From: an uncultured Actinomycetes bacterium
Lineage (GTDB): Bacteria > Actinomycetota > Acidimicrobiia > IMCC26256 > DASPTH01
Length of the DNA: 64,000 nt
Reading direction: 5' to 3'
Assembly: GCA_963720765.1 (NCBI GenBank)
Contig: CAVRGS010000013.1
Span: 406,467-470,466, forward strand
In this document: piece after piece, positions 8,549 to 17,083 of the stretch
Layout of the letters: each line of letters begins with the position of its first letter
How positions within the stretch are numbered: position 1 is the first letter of the stretch
Notes under the pieces: model-generated
The model's input: the letters and a program-made list of their open reading frames with translations, nothing else
Databases searched by the model: none
Told to the model about the DNA's origin: nothing
Position numbers and translations under genes: made by a program

Positions 8549-8923
8549 TCAGGCGTTGGAGGACGGGCCGCCCTTGCGGTCGCGCCACGAGCTCGGCAGC
8601 TGGAAGTAGCACTTCCCGCGGGCGACCATCACGTCGTCGGTGTCGTACACGTGCACGTCGACGATCGCGGTCGCCTTGCCGACCCGCACCACCTCGCCGC
8701 GCGCGATGTAGGCGCGACCGAGGGGCATCCCGTGCAGGTAGTCGACCTGCAGGCTCACCGTCGGCGCGCCGGTGCCGATGACCGACAGCAGCGCCATCCC
8801 CGCGGTGTCGTCCACGAGGAGTGCGATGTAGCCGCCGTGCACGTTGCCGACCGGGTTGCCCCAGTCGTCAGGTGGCGTCCACGTGACCTCGGAGTGCCCG
8901 TCGGCCATCGTCGTGTTGCTCAT
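8549..8923 (-). CDS. PaaI-family hotdog-fold thioesterase
   Basis: Terminal 124 aa of ORF 8549..9151: ...NPVGNVHGGYIALLVDDTAGMAL...VSLQVDYLHGMPLG...RVGKATAIVDVHVYD. Confidence 0.8.
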   Translation of the reverse strand: MSNTTMADGHSEVTWTPPDDWGNPVGNVHGGYIALLVDDTAGMALLSVIGTGAPTVSLQVDYLHGMPLGRAYIARGEVVRVGKATAIVDVHVYDTDDVMVARGKCYFQLPSSWRDRKGGPSSNA

Positions 8924-8999
8924 GTGCCGGGGTCGGTACGGATGCTCGTTCACTGCCACGGCCGGCACGCTACCGAGGTGCGCGCACCGCGGCGCCGGG

Positions 9000-9563
9000 T
9001 CACGTGGTGTCCGTCGCGCCCGCCCAGTGCTGGCGCAGGTCGGTGAGCCAGTCGGGGAACTCGAGCGGAGGGTCGGGGAGCGCACGCGCGCCCTGTGCTG
9101 CGAGCGCGGCCTCGAACTGCTCGGGCTGGTCGCCCCAGCTGCGGGGGTCACCGAGCATCACCTCGAAGAACGTCACGCCGTCGGGCCCCGCGACCACGGG
9201 CCCGAACGCGGCGCCGAAGGGCAGCTCGATGTGGGTGCCCACCGGGCACTCGCGGTCTCCGAAGGTCGCCGAGCCCTCGAGCACGAACACGATGTGTGGG
9301 CAGTAGTGGCCGTGGCGGCGCACCACCATGCCGGGGTCGTACTCGGCGTAGATCGACAGGTAGGGCGGATCGGCGCTGAACGCGAACCACTTCTCGCGCA
9401 CGTAGGCGGTCGTGCCGTCGGCGTTGCGCTGCGCCTTGACCGGTTGCCACGGGACGTCGGGGTCGTCGAAGGCGCGGAAGGTCGGCTCCAGCCCTTCGAC
9501 GCGGGGGTTGTCGGGTGCTTGGCTCACGACTGGCAAAGTACCACGGCACATAGCTATTCTCAA
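9000..9563 (-). CDS. cupin domain protein
   Basis: 187-aa ORF with a cupin-like core (VVRRHGHYCPHIVFVLEGSATFGDRECPVGTHIELP). The exact start is uncertain, with alternative in-frame starts a few codons in. Confidence 0.65.
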   Translation of the reverse strand: MRIAMCRGTLPVVSQAPDNPRVEGLEPTFRAFDDPDVPWQPVKAQRNADGTTAYVREKWFAFSADPPYLSIYAEYDPGMVVRRHGHYCPHIVFVLEGSATFGDRECPVGTHIELPFGAAFGPVVAGPDGVTFFEVMLGDPRSWGDQPEQFEAALAAQGARALPDPPLEFPDWLTDLRQHWAGATDTT

Positions 9564-9587
9564 AGGGATCTCGCCAGGAGGAACGGC

Positions 9588-9812
9588 ATGACCGTGGTGG
9601 ACGAGGGCGACGGCGCGACGGCGCGACGGCGCACGCGGCGGACGGGGAGTCGCCGGGGGCGGACGACCTGCCCTGGATCATCTCGGTCGGCGACCACAGT
9701 CGCGCACCGTCCGATCGGCGAAGCAGGACTCGACGCGCAGGAGTCGTCTCGCTCGTTGCGGGGCGACGCCATCGACGTCGACGCCCTCGATCGCTTCGGG
9801 AACGTGGCATGA
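9588..9812 (+). CDS. small Arg-rich ORF (74 aa) translationally coupled to the downstream MarR gene
   Basis: An aggagg sequence lies 6 nt upstream of the ATG, and the stop overlaps the MarR ATG (ATGA). The product MTVVDEGDGATARRRTRRTGSRRGRTT... is low-complexity with no recognisable family. Confidence 0.3.
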   Translation: MTVVDEGDGATARRRTRRTGSRRGRTTCPGSSRSATTVAHRPIGEAGLDAQESSRSLRGDAIDVDALDRFGNVA

Positions 9813-10276
9813 CCGCGAGCGCGCCGGCACCTGCACACTCCCCGGCCGGCTTCGACCTCGGCGAACCCGGGCTCGTGGCGCGCGTCCTGCGGCTGAACCT
9901 CCTCATGAACGAAGCGCTCGAGGGCATCACCGCGCGGTCGGGTCTCAGCCTCGCCGACTACCTCGTGCTCGGTGTCGTGCGACGCTCGCCCGACGGCCGC
10001 ACGACGCCGACGCGCATCTGCGAGGTGCTGCGGCGCACCACGGGCGGCATGTCGCTCACCCTCGATCGTCTCGAGGGTGCCGGCTGGCTCACCCGATCGG
10101 CCGATCCGGCGGACGGTCGTCGTGTCGTCGTCGAGCTCACCGACGCCGGACGGGCGTTGGCCGTGGCGGTGAACGGCGAACTCCATCGTTGGGAGGACCG
10201 TCAGACCCTGTCGAGTCGCGCTCGCGACCAGATCTCGACCCAACTCGACGCGCTCCTCGCCCTCTTCGACGACTGA
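9809..10276 (+). CDS. MarR family transcriptional regulator
   Basis: 155-aa ORF: ...LSLADYLVLGVVRRSPDGRTTPTRICEVLRRTTGGMSLTLDRLEGAGWLTRSADPADGRRVVVELTDAG. This is a winged HTH of MarR type. Confidence 0.9.
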   Translation: MTASAPAPAHSPAGFDLGEPGLVARVLRLNLLMNEALEGITARSGLSLADYLVLGVVRRSPDGRTTPTRICEVLRRTTGGMSLTLDRLEGAGWLTRSADPADGRRVVVELTDAGRALAVAVNGELHRWEDRQTLSSRARDQISTQLDALLALFDD

Positions 10277-10299
10277 CTGCACGACGCGTCCAGCGTCGC

Positions 10300-11230
10300 T
10301 CACCCGAGCTCGGGCAGGTCCTGGTCGCCGGCGAGGCTGTCGGCGTAGAGGTCGCCGAACTCGTCGACGCGTTGGAGCACGTCGGCCGGCGTGAACGCGA
10401 ACGCGCGCGGGTCGCCGCCGTCGGCGAGCTCGTCCAGCTCGTCCCACCCCAACGGCGTCGACACACCCGGGACGTCGGTGGCGCGCAGCGAGTAGGCGCA
10501 CACGGTGGTCTTGTGCCGGTCGTTCTGGCTCCAGTCGACGAACACGCGCCCGCCGCGCTGCTCCTTGGCCATCGTCACGGTGACGCGCTCGGGTCGCGCG
10601 GACTCGAGCACCTTCCCGAGCGCGAGCGCAAACCCCTTGGTGGTCTCGGCGTCGACCGACGGCCGTATCCCCACCGACAGGTGCAGACCCTTCGAACCCG
10701 ACGTCTTCGCGACCGCGCGCATCCCCAATTGGTCGAGGAGCTCGTGCAGCTCGAGCGCGACGCGGCGCGCAGTCGCCGAGGTCGGTGCCGGGCCCGGGGT
10801 CGAGGTCGAACACGATCGCCGACGGCAGCCACGGCTCGGCCGCGCGCGCCTGCGGGGTGTGCAGCTCCAGCGCAGCGAGGTTGGCGGTCCACACCAGCGC
10901 GGGCACGCTCTCGAGCGAGCACGCCTGGATCTCGGAGTCGGCGTCGAGCGCGATGGTGTCGAGCCACTGCGGCCGGTGACCGGGGCAGCGCTTCTCGAAG
11001 AACCGCTCGCCGGCGATGCCGTCGGGGAGCCGCACCATGGTGACCGGCCGATCGGCGAGATGGGGCAGCATCGTCGGGCCGATGCGGGCGTAGAAGTCGA
11101 TCACCTGGCCTTTGGTGAACCCGGTGGCCGGGTACAACACCTTGTCGAGGTTGGTCAGGCGCAGGCGCCGGCCCTCCACTTCCACCGTCGTCGCGGGTTC
11201 CGCACCCGGCTTCTTGGAAGAGGGGACCAC
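10300..11230 (-). pseudogene. stand-alone LigD polymerase/primase domain (NHEJ PolDom) with one frame break near 10755-10772
   Basis: The N-terminal ~155 aa are in the frame of ORF 9560..12238 (VPSSKKPGAEPATTVEVEGRRLRLTNLDKVLYP...AIVFDLDPGPGTDLGDCA). The C-terminal part is ORF 10300..10728 (..LGMRAVAKTSGSKGLHLSVGI...VFVDWSQN...). The two frames differ. Start is a GTG at ~11230. Confidence 0.8.
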
Positions 11231-11272
11231 GACCTGCGAAGGTAGTAGGAGCGGGAGAAGAGGGAGATCGTC

Positions 11273-12193
11273 GTGCCGCAAGCCATCTGGACGGGTTCGA
11301 TCAGCTTCGGGCTGGTGACCGTGCCCGTACGTCTCGTGTCGGCGACGAGGTCGCAGGACGTCCGCTTCAACCAGCTCGAAGCCGCCACCGGTTCGCGGAT
11401 CCGCTACCGCCGCGTGTCGGAGCAGACCGGCGAAGAGGTGCCCAACGACCAGATCGTCAAGGGCTACGAGCTCGAGAACGGTCACTACGTCGTCCTCGAC
11501 AACGACGAGCTCGCCGCGCTCAAGCCGTCGGCCAGCCGCATGATCGAGATCGAGGACTTCGTCGACCTCTCCGAGATCGACCCCGTCTACTTCGAACAGC
11601 CGTACTACCTCGTGCCCGACAAGGACGCGGCCAAGGCCTACCGCCTGCTGTCGCGCGTCATGGAGGACGAGAACAAGGTCGCGGTGGGTCGGTTCGTCCT
11701 GCGGTCGAAGGAGGCGCTGGTCGCGATCCGTCCCATCGACGGGATGCTGTGCCTCGAGACCATGCGCTACGCCGACGAGGTGCTCGCGCCCGAGCGCGAG
11801 CTCGTGGATTCGCAGCCGGAACCGACCGAGCGCGAGCTCGAGATGGCGCGCCAGCTCGTCGACACGCTCTCGGGGACGTTCGATCCCGAGAAGTACCACG
11901 ACGACTACCGCGAAGAGGTGCTCGCCCTGATCGAGCGCAAGGCGGCCGGCGAGGACATCGTGGCGCCGGTCGCGCCCGAGGAACCGGCCAAGGTGCTCGA
12001 CCTCATGGCCGCGCTCGAAGCGAGCCTGGCGCGCACCGGGGCCAAGCAGTCGGGGAGCGGCTCGACCGCGGCCAAGCGCCCGGCGAAGAAGGCGGCCGCC
12101 AAGAAGACAACCGTGAAGAAGTCCGCCGCGAAGCGAAGCTCGACCGCCAAGAAGGCTTCCGGGGCAGCCAAGCGCACCCGCAAGTCTGCCTAG
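11273..12193 (+). CDS. ku: Ku protein (NHEJ DNA end-binding) with Lys/Ala-rich basic C-terminal tail
   Basis: 306-aa ORF: MPQAIWTGSISFGLVTVPVRLVSATRSQDVRFNQL...GYELENGHYVVLDNDEL...YFEQPYYLVPDK. The tail is AKRPAKKAAAKKTTVKKSAAKR. It is divergent from the LigD PolDom across a 42-bp gap. Confidence 0.95.
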   Translation: MPQAIWTGSISFGLVTVPVRLVSATRSQDVRFNQLEAATGSRIRYRRVSEQTGEEVPNDQIVKGYELENGHYVVLDNDELAALKPSASRMIEIEDFVDLSEIDPVYFEQPYYLVPDKDAAKAYRLLSRVMEDENKVAVGRFVLRSKEALVAIRPIDGMLCLETMRYADEVLAPERELVDSQPEPTERELEMARQLVDTLSGTFDPEKYHDDYREEVLALIERKAAGEDIVAPVAPEEPAKVLDLMAALEASLARTGAKQSGSGSTAAKRPAKKAAAKKTTVKKSAAKRSSTAKKASGAAKRTRKSA

Positions 12194-12203
12194 CGTCCAC
12201 CGA

Positions 12204-12587
12204 GTGGCGCGCTTCCCGATCCGCTTCACCGGCGTCAACCGGATGATGGGCCTGATGGGAATGACGCCGTCGCGCTGCTACGTCGAGGTCGACGAGCAAC
12301 GTGTCCGCGTGCGGATGGCCATCTGGTTCGAGCTCGATGCCGACCGGAGCGTCGTGCGGGGTGCCGCGCTCGACCACGACCGGGTGCTCGGCTGGGGCGT
12401 CCACGGCTGGCGCGGTCGTTGGCTGGTGAACGGCTCGTCGTCCGGGATCGTGCGCATCAGCTTCGAGCCGTCGGTCCGCGCGTGGATGGGGCCGGTGCCG
12501 CTGCGGGTGCGGACCCTCCGCGTGTCGGTGGAGGACCCGGACGGTGTGGTGGCGGCGTTGGGTGCCGACGCGGCCGAACGCCGCTAA
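12204..12587 (+). CDS. hypothetical protein, 10 bp downstream of ku
   Basis: 127-aa ORF (MARFPIRFTGVNRMMGLMGMTPSRCYVEVDEQRVRVRMAIWFELD...) with GC3-rich codons. I do not recognise a family. Confidence 0.55.
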   Translation: MARFPIRFTGVNRMMGLMGMTPSRCYVEVDEQRVRVRMAIWFELDADRSVVRGAALDHDRVLGWGVHGWRGRWLVNGSSSGIVRISFEPSVRAWMGPVPLRVRTLRVSVEDPDGVVAALGADAAERR

Positions 12588-12793
12588 GCGGTCTGACGCG
12601 CCACGACCGCGGTGCGGCGGCGGGGACGGCGACCGGCGAACTGGCGGCGGCTCACCGCCACTGCGTGGTCGGCCTCCAGCCAGCCGCACTCGCACACCTC
12701 CCCGTCGCTGCCCCGGTAGCTGGGGCAGGACTCGAAGCGCACCGAATCGGCGCGGAACAGCATGGCATCGAGCCTGACGAGTCGTGCGCTCAT
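12584..12793 (-). CDS. small Cys-containing hypothetical protein (69 aa)
   Basis: 3' part of ORF 12584..12985: MSARLVRLDAMLFRADSVRFESCPSYRGSDGEVCECGWLEADH.... An aggagg sequence lies ~6 nt upstream of the ATG, and GC3 is high. Confidence 0.5.
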   Translation of the reverse strand: MSARLVRLDAMLFRADSVRFESCPSYRGSDGEVCECGWLEADHAVAVSRRQFAGRRPRRRTAVVARQTA

Positions 12794-12828
12794 GAGGGTC
12801 CTCCTGGGGTGGTGCTTCCAGTCCGTCC

Positions 12829-12850
12829 GCCCCGGGTTCGAATCACAGAC
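12829..12850. promoter_or_regulatory. inverted repeat CGAATCACA-gaca-TGTGATTCG (9-bp perfect arms) in an AT-richer divergent promoter region
   Basis: Read from the sequence. It lies between the small ORF start (12793, -) and the GNAT start (12900, +). Confidence 0.4.
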
Positions 12851-12899
12851 ATGTGATTCGCGGGGCAACTGTACATCCCGGGCACCTTCGCGCCGAGGT

Positions 12900-13907
12900 A
12901 TGACACTCATGGACGAGCACGAACTCCCCGACGAACCCGGTGTCCAGGTCGACTTCCTCGGTCCCGAGCGGGCCGAGGCCTTCACCCGCCTGGTGCGGCG
13001 CTGCTACGGCGACTCGTACGACGCTGCCTGGGTGTACGACCCCGCCGAAGTGGCCGAGCGGCTGCGCCGCGGCACCCTCTGGTCGACCGTCGGCATCGCC
13101 GACGACGGGGAGGTCGTCGCGCACGTGGGCCTGGCCCGTCTGCGACCCGACGACGACGTCGCGGAGTCGGGTCAGGCCGTCGTCGATCCCGAATACCGCG
13201 GGCGGCACCTGTTCACGATGCTGAAGCGCCGCGCCGCGGCGGGGGCCGCCGAACGAGGGCTCTTCGGCCTCTACAGCGAGGCCACCGCCGCGCATCCCTA
13301 CAGCCAGCGCGCCAACGTCGCGCTCGGCGCAGTCGAGACCGGCCTGTTGCTCGGCTACATCCCCGCGACCGTCGAGTACCAGGCGATCGACGCGCGTCTC
13401 CACCGGCAGTCGGTCGTCCTCTACTACCTCAAGACCAACGACGGTCACACCCGATCGGTGTACGTGCCACCTCGCGACCGGGCCATGGCCACGAGCATCC
13501 TCGAGCGAGCCGGGCTGCGCGGCACCGTGCGTGACGCCGGCGACGAACCGTCGACCGCGCACACCGACGTGCACGTCGACGACCGCGACGACCACAACGA
13601 CCGCGTCGTCACCGTGCGCACCGTGGGCGACGACCTGCTCGACGCGGTGCTCCGGGCGCGTGACGACGCGCTCGCGCGCGCAGCCGACTGCGTGTACGTC
13701 GACCTCCCGCTCGCCGATCCCGGGACGCAACGTCACGGTGACGGCCTGCGCGAGCTCGGCTTCACCTTCGGTGGGATCTTCCCCAACCGGCTGCACGACT
13801 GCGACGTGCTGCGCTACCAGTACCTCGACCGCGTCACGCTCGACACGAGTGACATCGCGCTCGGGTCAGACCACGGACGCGAGCTGCTCGACTACGTCAC
13901 GGCGTGA
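12900..13907 (+). CDS. GNAT family N-acetyltransferase with C-terminal extension
   Basis: Last 335 aa of ORF 12762..13907: ...GEVVAHVGLARLRPDDDVAESGQAVVDPEYRGRHLFTMLKRRAAAGAAERGL... (acetyl-CoA binding Q/RxxGxG/A-like). Confidence 0.8.
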   Translation: MTLMDEHELPDEPGVQVDFLGPERAEAFTRLVRRCYGDSYDAAWVYDPAEVAERLRRGTLWSTVGIADDGEVVAHVGLARLRPDDDVAESGQAVVDPEYRGRHLFTMLKRRAAAGAAERGLFGLYSEATAAHPYSQRANVALGAVETGLLLGYIPATVEYQAIDARLHRQSVVLYYLKTNDGHTRSVYVPPRDRAMATSILERAGLRGTVRDAGDEPSTAHTDVHVDDRDDHNDRVVTVRTVGDDLLDAVLRARDDALARAADCVYVDLPLADPGTQRHGDGLRELGFTFGGIFPNRLHDCDVLRYQYLDRVTLDTSDIALGSDHGRELLDYVTA

Positions 13908-16035
13908 CGGCGCCACCCGTGTTCCCGTCGGCCGCGGTGCCGTCGGGCCGACTCTCCTCCTCGGTGAGCTCGGCGGCTTCGACGTCGGTGGACGCCTCGC
14001 CCGGTTCCGTCGCGTCCGACGGCGCGTCCATCGCGGTGACCGGGGCGACCGCGGGCGGCGGCGGGGCCTGCTTGCCGTTGGACGAGCCGGTGCCGAGATA
14101 GCGCATCAGCGTGGCCGCGAGGCCGTCGAACGAACCTCCGCCCCCGGTGACGAGCACCTCGGGCACGACGGTGATGTGGCCGTCGGCCACCGCGTTCGCC
14201 ACCGCCACCACCGCGGTCGCGGGCCCACCGAGCGCGTCCTTCTGCGCCTCGAAACCGGTGGCGCGGGCGAGCCCGAGCGCTTCGGTCGCCTTGGCCTCGG
14301 CGAGACCGATGGCCTGGCGCCGAGCCGCTTCCGCCTCACCGGTCAGCTGCACGTACGCGGCGTCGCCCTTCGCCTCCTGCTCGCGCGCCTGGGCCTCGTT
14401 CGTCTTGATCTGCACCCCTACCTGTGCGCTCGCGAGCTGCGACTGCATGTTGGCGGTGCCCTTGGCCTTCTCCATCTCGATGCGCGAGGTCTCGGCCCGC
14501 TGCTGCTCCTCGAACGTCGCCTTCTCCTGGTTGGCGATCTCGCGCTGGGTGAGCACGAGCACCAGCTCCTGCGGGAACGCGACGTCCTGGATGTAGACGC
14601 CCTTGGTCTCGACCTCGTACTGGCTCAGGTAGCGCGTGATGGCCTCGAACGCCGCCGCCTGCACCTCGCGGCGGGTCTCGATGAACTTGATCGCCTCGAG
14701 CGCCTGCAACGTGTTGCGGAAGTGGTTGCCCACCGCGCTCTGCAGCACCTCGCTGACGAGGTTGCGCATGGTGCCGACCATCGAGATGACCTTCGGCGCC
14801 TTCGTGTCGGGCACGTGGATCTGCACCTGCAGGTCGATCTTGAAGATGAAGCCCTCGCGGCTCTTGCCGACGATCGACGACAGCTGCGCGTCGAGGTCGT
14901 GGGCTTCCGACGTCGCGTCGGCCCAGTTGAGCGTGAGGATGAACGTGGGCACGATCTCGGCGGCGTACACGCGTGGGTTGATCGCGTACTTGCCGGTGCG
15001 CAGCGGCTCCTGCCAGATGCCGCGGTGACCGGGGCGCACGATCGAACCGAACTTGAACTCGGAGCCCGACGTGTCGGCGGTCGGGAGGCCCACGAACCCC
15101 TTGATCACCGCGACCTCGCCCTGGTTGACCACCAGCATGGGCACGAGGTCGACGCGCACGAGGAACGGGTTCAGCAGGTACGCGCCGTAGAGCAGCGGGT
15201 CGTGCTGCAGTCCGATCTTGCCGCCGTGGTCGAGGAAGGCCTGGAAGTCCTGGTAGTTGTTGTGGAGCGTGTTCTTGCTTCCGAGCAGCAGGTCGATGAG
15301 CTCGGCGTCGGTGGTCGTGGTGCTGCCGCCCGCGTTCGACGCCTCGATCGCGGCGATGTCTTCGAACCCCCCGAGACGACTGGCGATGTCGCCCGACGGC
15401 AACGGTTCACCCTCGAGCGCGGTGACCACACCGACGAGGTCGACGCCGGCGTCGGGCGCGATCACCACCACCCGGAGCTGGTCGGGGGACAGGCCGAACG
15501 ACTCCGGCGTGAGGTCGTTCCCGCGGGCCTGGTCGGCGAGGTCGGGGGACAGGGGCTGGCCGTAGACGGTCTGGGGCGTGAGCACGAGGAACGCGGCGGG
15601 ATGCACCGGTACGAGCGTGCCCGGCGGGAGCACCGGGCGCTGCACGCCTTTCTGCCCACCGGCCGCGACGAAGGTGTGCAGGTCGGAGAAGTTGGCCAGC
15701 TCGGGCTTGTACACCGCGCTCTTCGCGCCGATCGGGAGTGGATCGCCGACCTGGGCGATCACCACGCCGATCTCGCCCGCCGGCACCTGCACCCAGGGGA
15801 ACTTCTTCACGCCGAAGAGGGGCCAGAGCTTGAACCGCAAGCCGGGCATCAGCATCACTGCCTGGTAGCCGGCCTCGCCCCGGAACGCGACGGGGTTGTC
15901 CTCGGTGAGCTTGCGCAACGCGAAGCGCTTCGCGACCAGACCGACCTCGGCGGCGCCGATCGAGTGGAACGACTTCCACACCACGATCACGACCAGCGCG
16001 ATCACGACGATCCCGACGATGACCTCGACGCCCAT
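13897..16035 (-). CDS. SPFH/flotillin-like membrane scaffold protein (YqiK-like), 712 aa
   Basis: 3' 712 codons of ORF 13897..16647. It has an N-terminal TM (MGVEVIVGIVVIALVVIVVWK), an SPFH core, a long Ala/Glu/Gln coiled-coil (EKATFEEQQRAETSRIEMEKAKG...AEAARRQAIGLAEAKATEALG) and a Pro-rich tail. Confidence 0.9.
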   Translation of the reverse strand: MGVEVIVGIVVIALVVIVVWKSFHSIGAAEVGLVAKRFALRKLTEDNPVAFRGEAGYQAVMLMPGLRFKLWPLFGVKKFPWVQVPAGEIGVVIAQVGDPLPIGAKSAVYKPELANFSDLHTFVAAGGQKGVQRPVLPPGTLVPVHPAAFLVLTPQTVYGQPLSPDLADQARGNDLTPESFGLSPDQLRVVVIAPDAGVDLVGVVTALEGEPLPSGDIASRLGGFEDIAAIEASNAGGSTTTTDAELIDLLLGSKNTLHNNYQDFQAFLDHGGKIGLQHDPLLYGAYLLNPFLVRVDLVPMLVVNQGEVAVIKGFVGLPTADTSGSEFKFGSIVRPGHRGIWQEPLRTGKYAINPRVYAAEIVPTFILTLNWADATSEAHDLDAQLSSIVGKSREGFIFKIDLQVQIHVPDTKAPKVISMVGTMRNLVSEVLQSAVGNHFRNTLQALEAIKFIETRREVQAAAFEAITRYLSQYEVETKGVYIQDVAFPQELVLVLTQREIANQEKATFEEQQRAETSRIEMEKAKGTANMQSQLASAQVGVQIKTNEAQAREQEAKGDAAYVQLTGEAEAARRQAIGLAEAKATEALGLARATGFEAQKDALGGPATAVVAVANAVADGHITVVPEVLVTGGGGSFDGLAATLMRYLGTGSSNGKQAPPPPAVAPVTAMDAPSDATEPGEASTDVEAAELTEEESRPDGTAADGNTGGAVTP

Positions 16036-16134
16036 GTTCCGAACCTCCGCAGTTCTTTCGAAACCCGCAGTCTCGAATCCCGGCTGCGCGCCCGGAACCT
16101 CCGGCACTCTCGCCCGGATCGTACAGTGGCGCCG

Positions 16135-17083
16135 ATGCATCCGTGGCCGGTCGTCGGCTTCTTCGCAGGCTCGTCCACGGCGACGACCGGGTCCGGCCCG
16201 CCGGTCACCGAGCTCGTGCGCGTTCGCCCGAACGCGCACGACCCGAGCTGGCCGCCGGTGCTGATCGTGTGCGTCGCGGTGGTCGTGCTCGGTGGCTTGC
16301 TCGCTGCGCTCGTGTTCCTCAGGAGCGCACGCGACGCCGCGCGTCCCCGCGAGGTCCCCTCGATGGGTGACGCGGCGACGTCGTCGTGGGGGCGCCGCCG
16401 CGAGTCGGCGCAGGTGGTGTCCGGCGATGTCATCCGCGCCGGGTGGCAACTGATGGAACGGCTCGCCACCATCGGGCCCCGCAGCCGACGCGCGCGTGCG
16501 TTCCGCCGCTTCGGGGACGGTTCGGCGATCTGCTTCCCGGTCGCCGCGCTCTACGGTGAGGAGTACATCGAGCTCGGCGAAGGCTGCATCATCGGCCCGT
16601 ACTGCTCGTTGTCGGCCGGCGTGATGCCCGATCAGGTCCTCGACCACTCACCGGTCGTCACCATCGGTGACCGCGTGCTCATCGGCAAGGGGAGCGGCAT
16701 CGTCGGCCACCACTCGGTCGAGATCGGCGACGACGTGTTCACCGGCCACCACGTGTACATCACCGATGCCAACCATGGTTACGAGGACACGTCGTCGCCC
16801 CTCGGCGCGGCAGTTCGCGCCGACCCGCCCGGTGCGGATCGGCAGCGGCTCGTGGCTCGGCCACGGCACGGTGGTGCTGCCCGGTTCGAACATCGGCCGC
16901 AACGTGGCGGTGGGTGCGGGCTCGGTCGTCACCGGATCGTTGCCCGACTTCAGCGTGGCCGTCGGCAACCCGGCTCGGGTGATCCGCCGTTACGTCGAGG
17001 GCGACGGCTGGGTGCGGGTCGACCACGCCGCCGGTGACGCCATCGACCATCCCGCGGGCGATCATCCCGCGGGCGACGGGTAG
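16135..17083 (+). pseudogene. hexapeptide-repeat acyl/acetyltransferase with N-terminal TM segment; frame break near 16801-16815
   Basis: The first part is in the frame of ORF 13531..17037 (MHPWPVV...WPPVLIVCVAVVVLGGLLAALVFL...IELGEGCIIGPYCSLSAG...ITDANHGYEDTSSPLG). The remainder is in ORF 16667..17083 (...QFAPTRPVRIGSGSWLGHGTVVLPGSNIGRNVAVGAGSVVTG...). The start is uncertain, with alternative ATGs at 16363 and ~16456. Confidence 0.7.

Noticed and set aside
9560-12238. 892-aa minus-strand ORF, the second longest in the track
   Set aside because: It is antisense to ku and MarR over most of its length and is largely Arg/Gly/Pro-rich nonsense. Only the segment ~10775-11230 (the LigD PolDom N-terminus) is real coding sequence in this frame.
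13531-17037. 1168-aa plus-strand ORF
   Set aside because: It is antisense to the flotillin gene for >2 kb, with low-complexity R/G/D/L-rich translation. Only its 3' portion from ~16135 encodes the acetyltransferase N-terminus.
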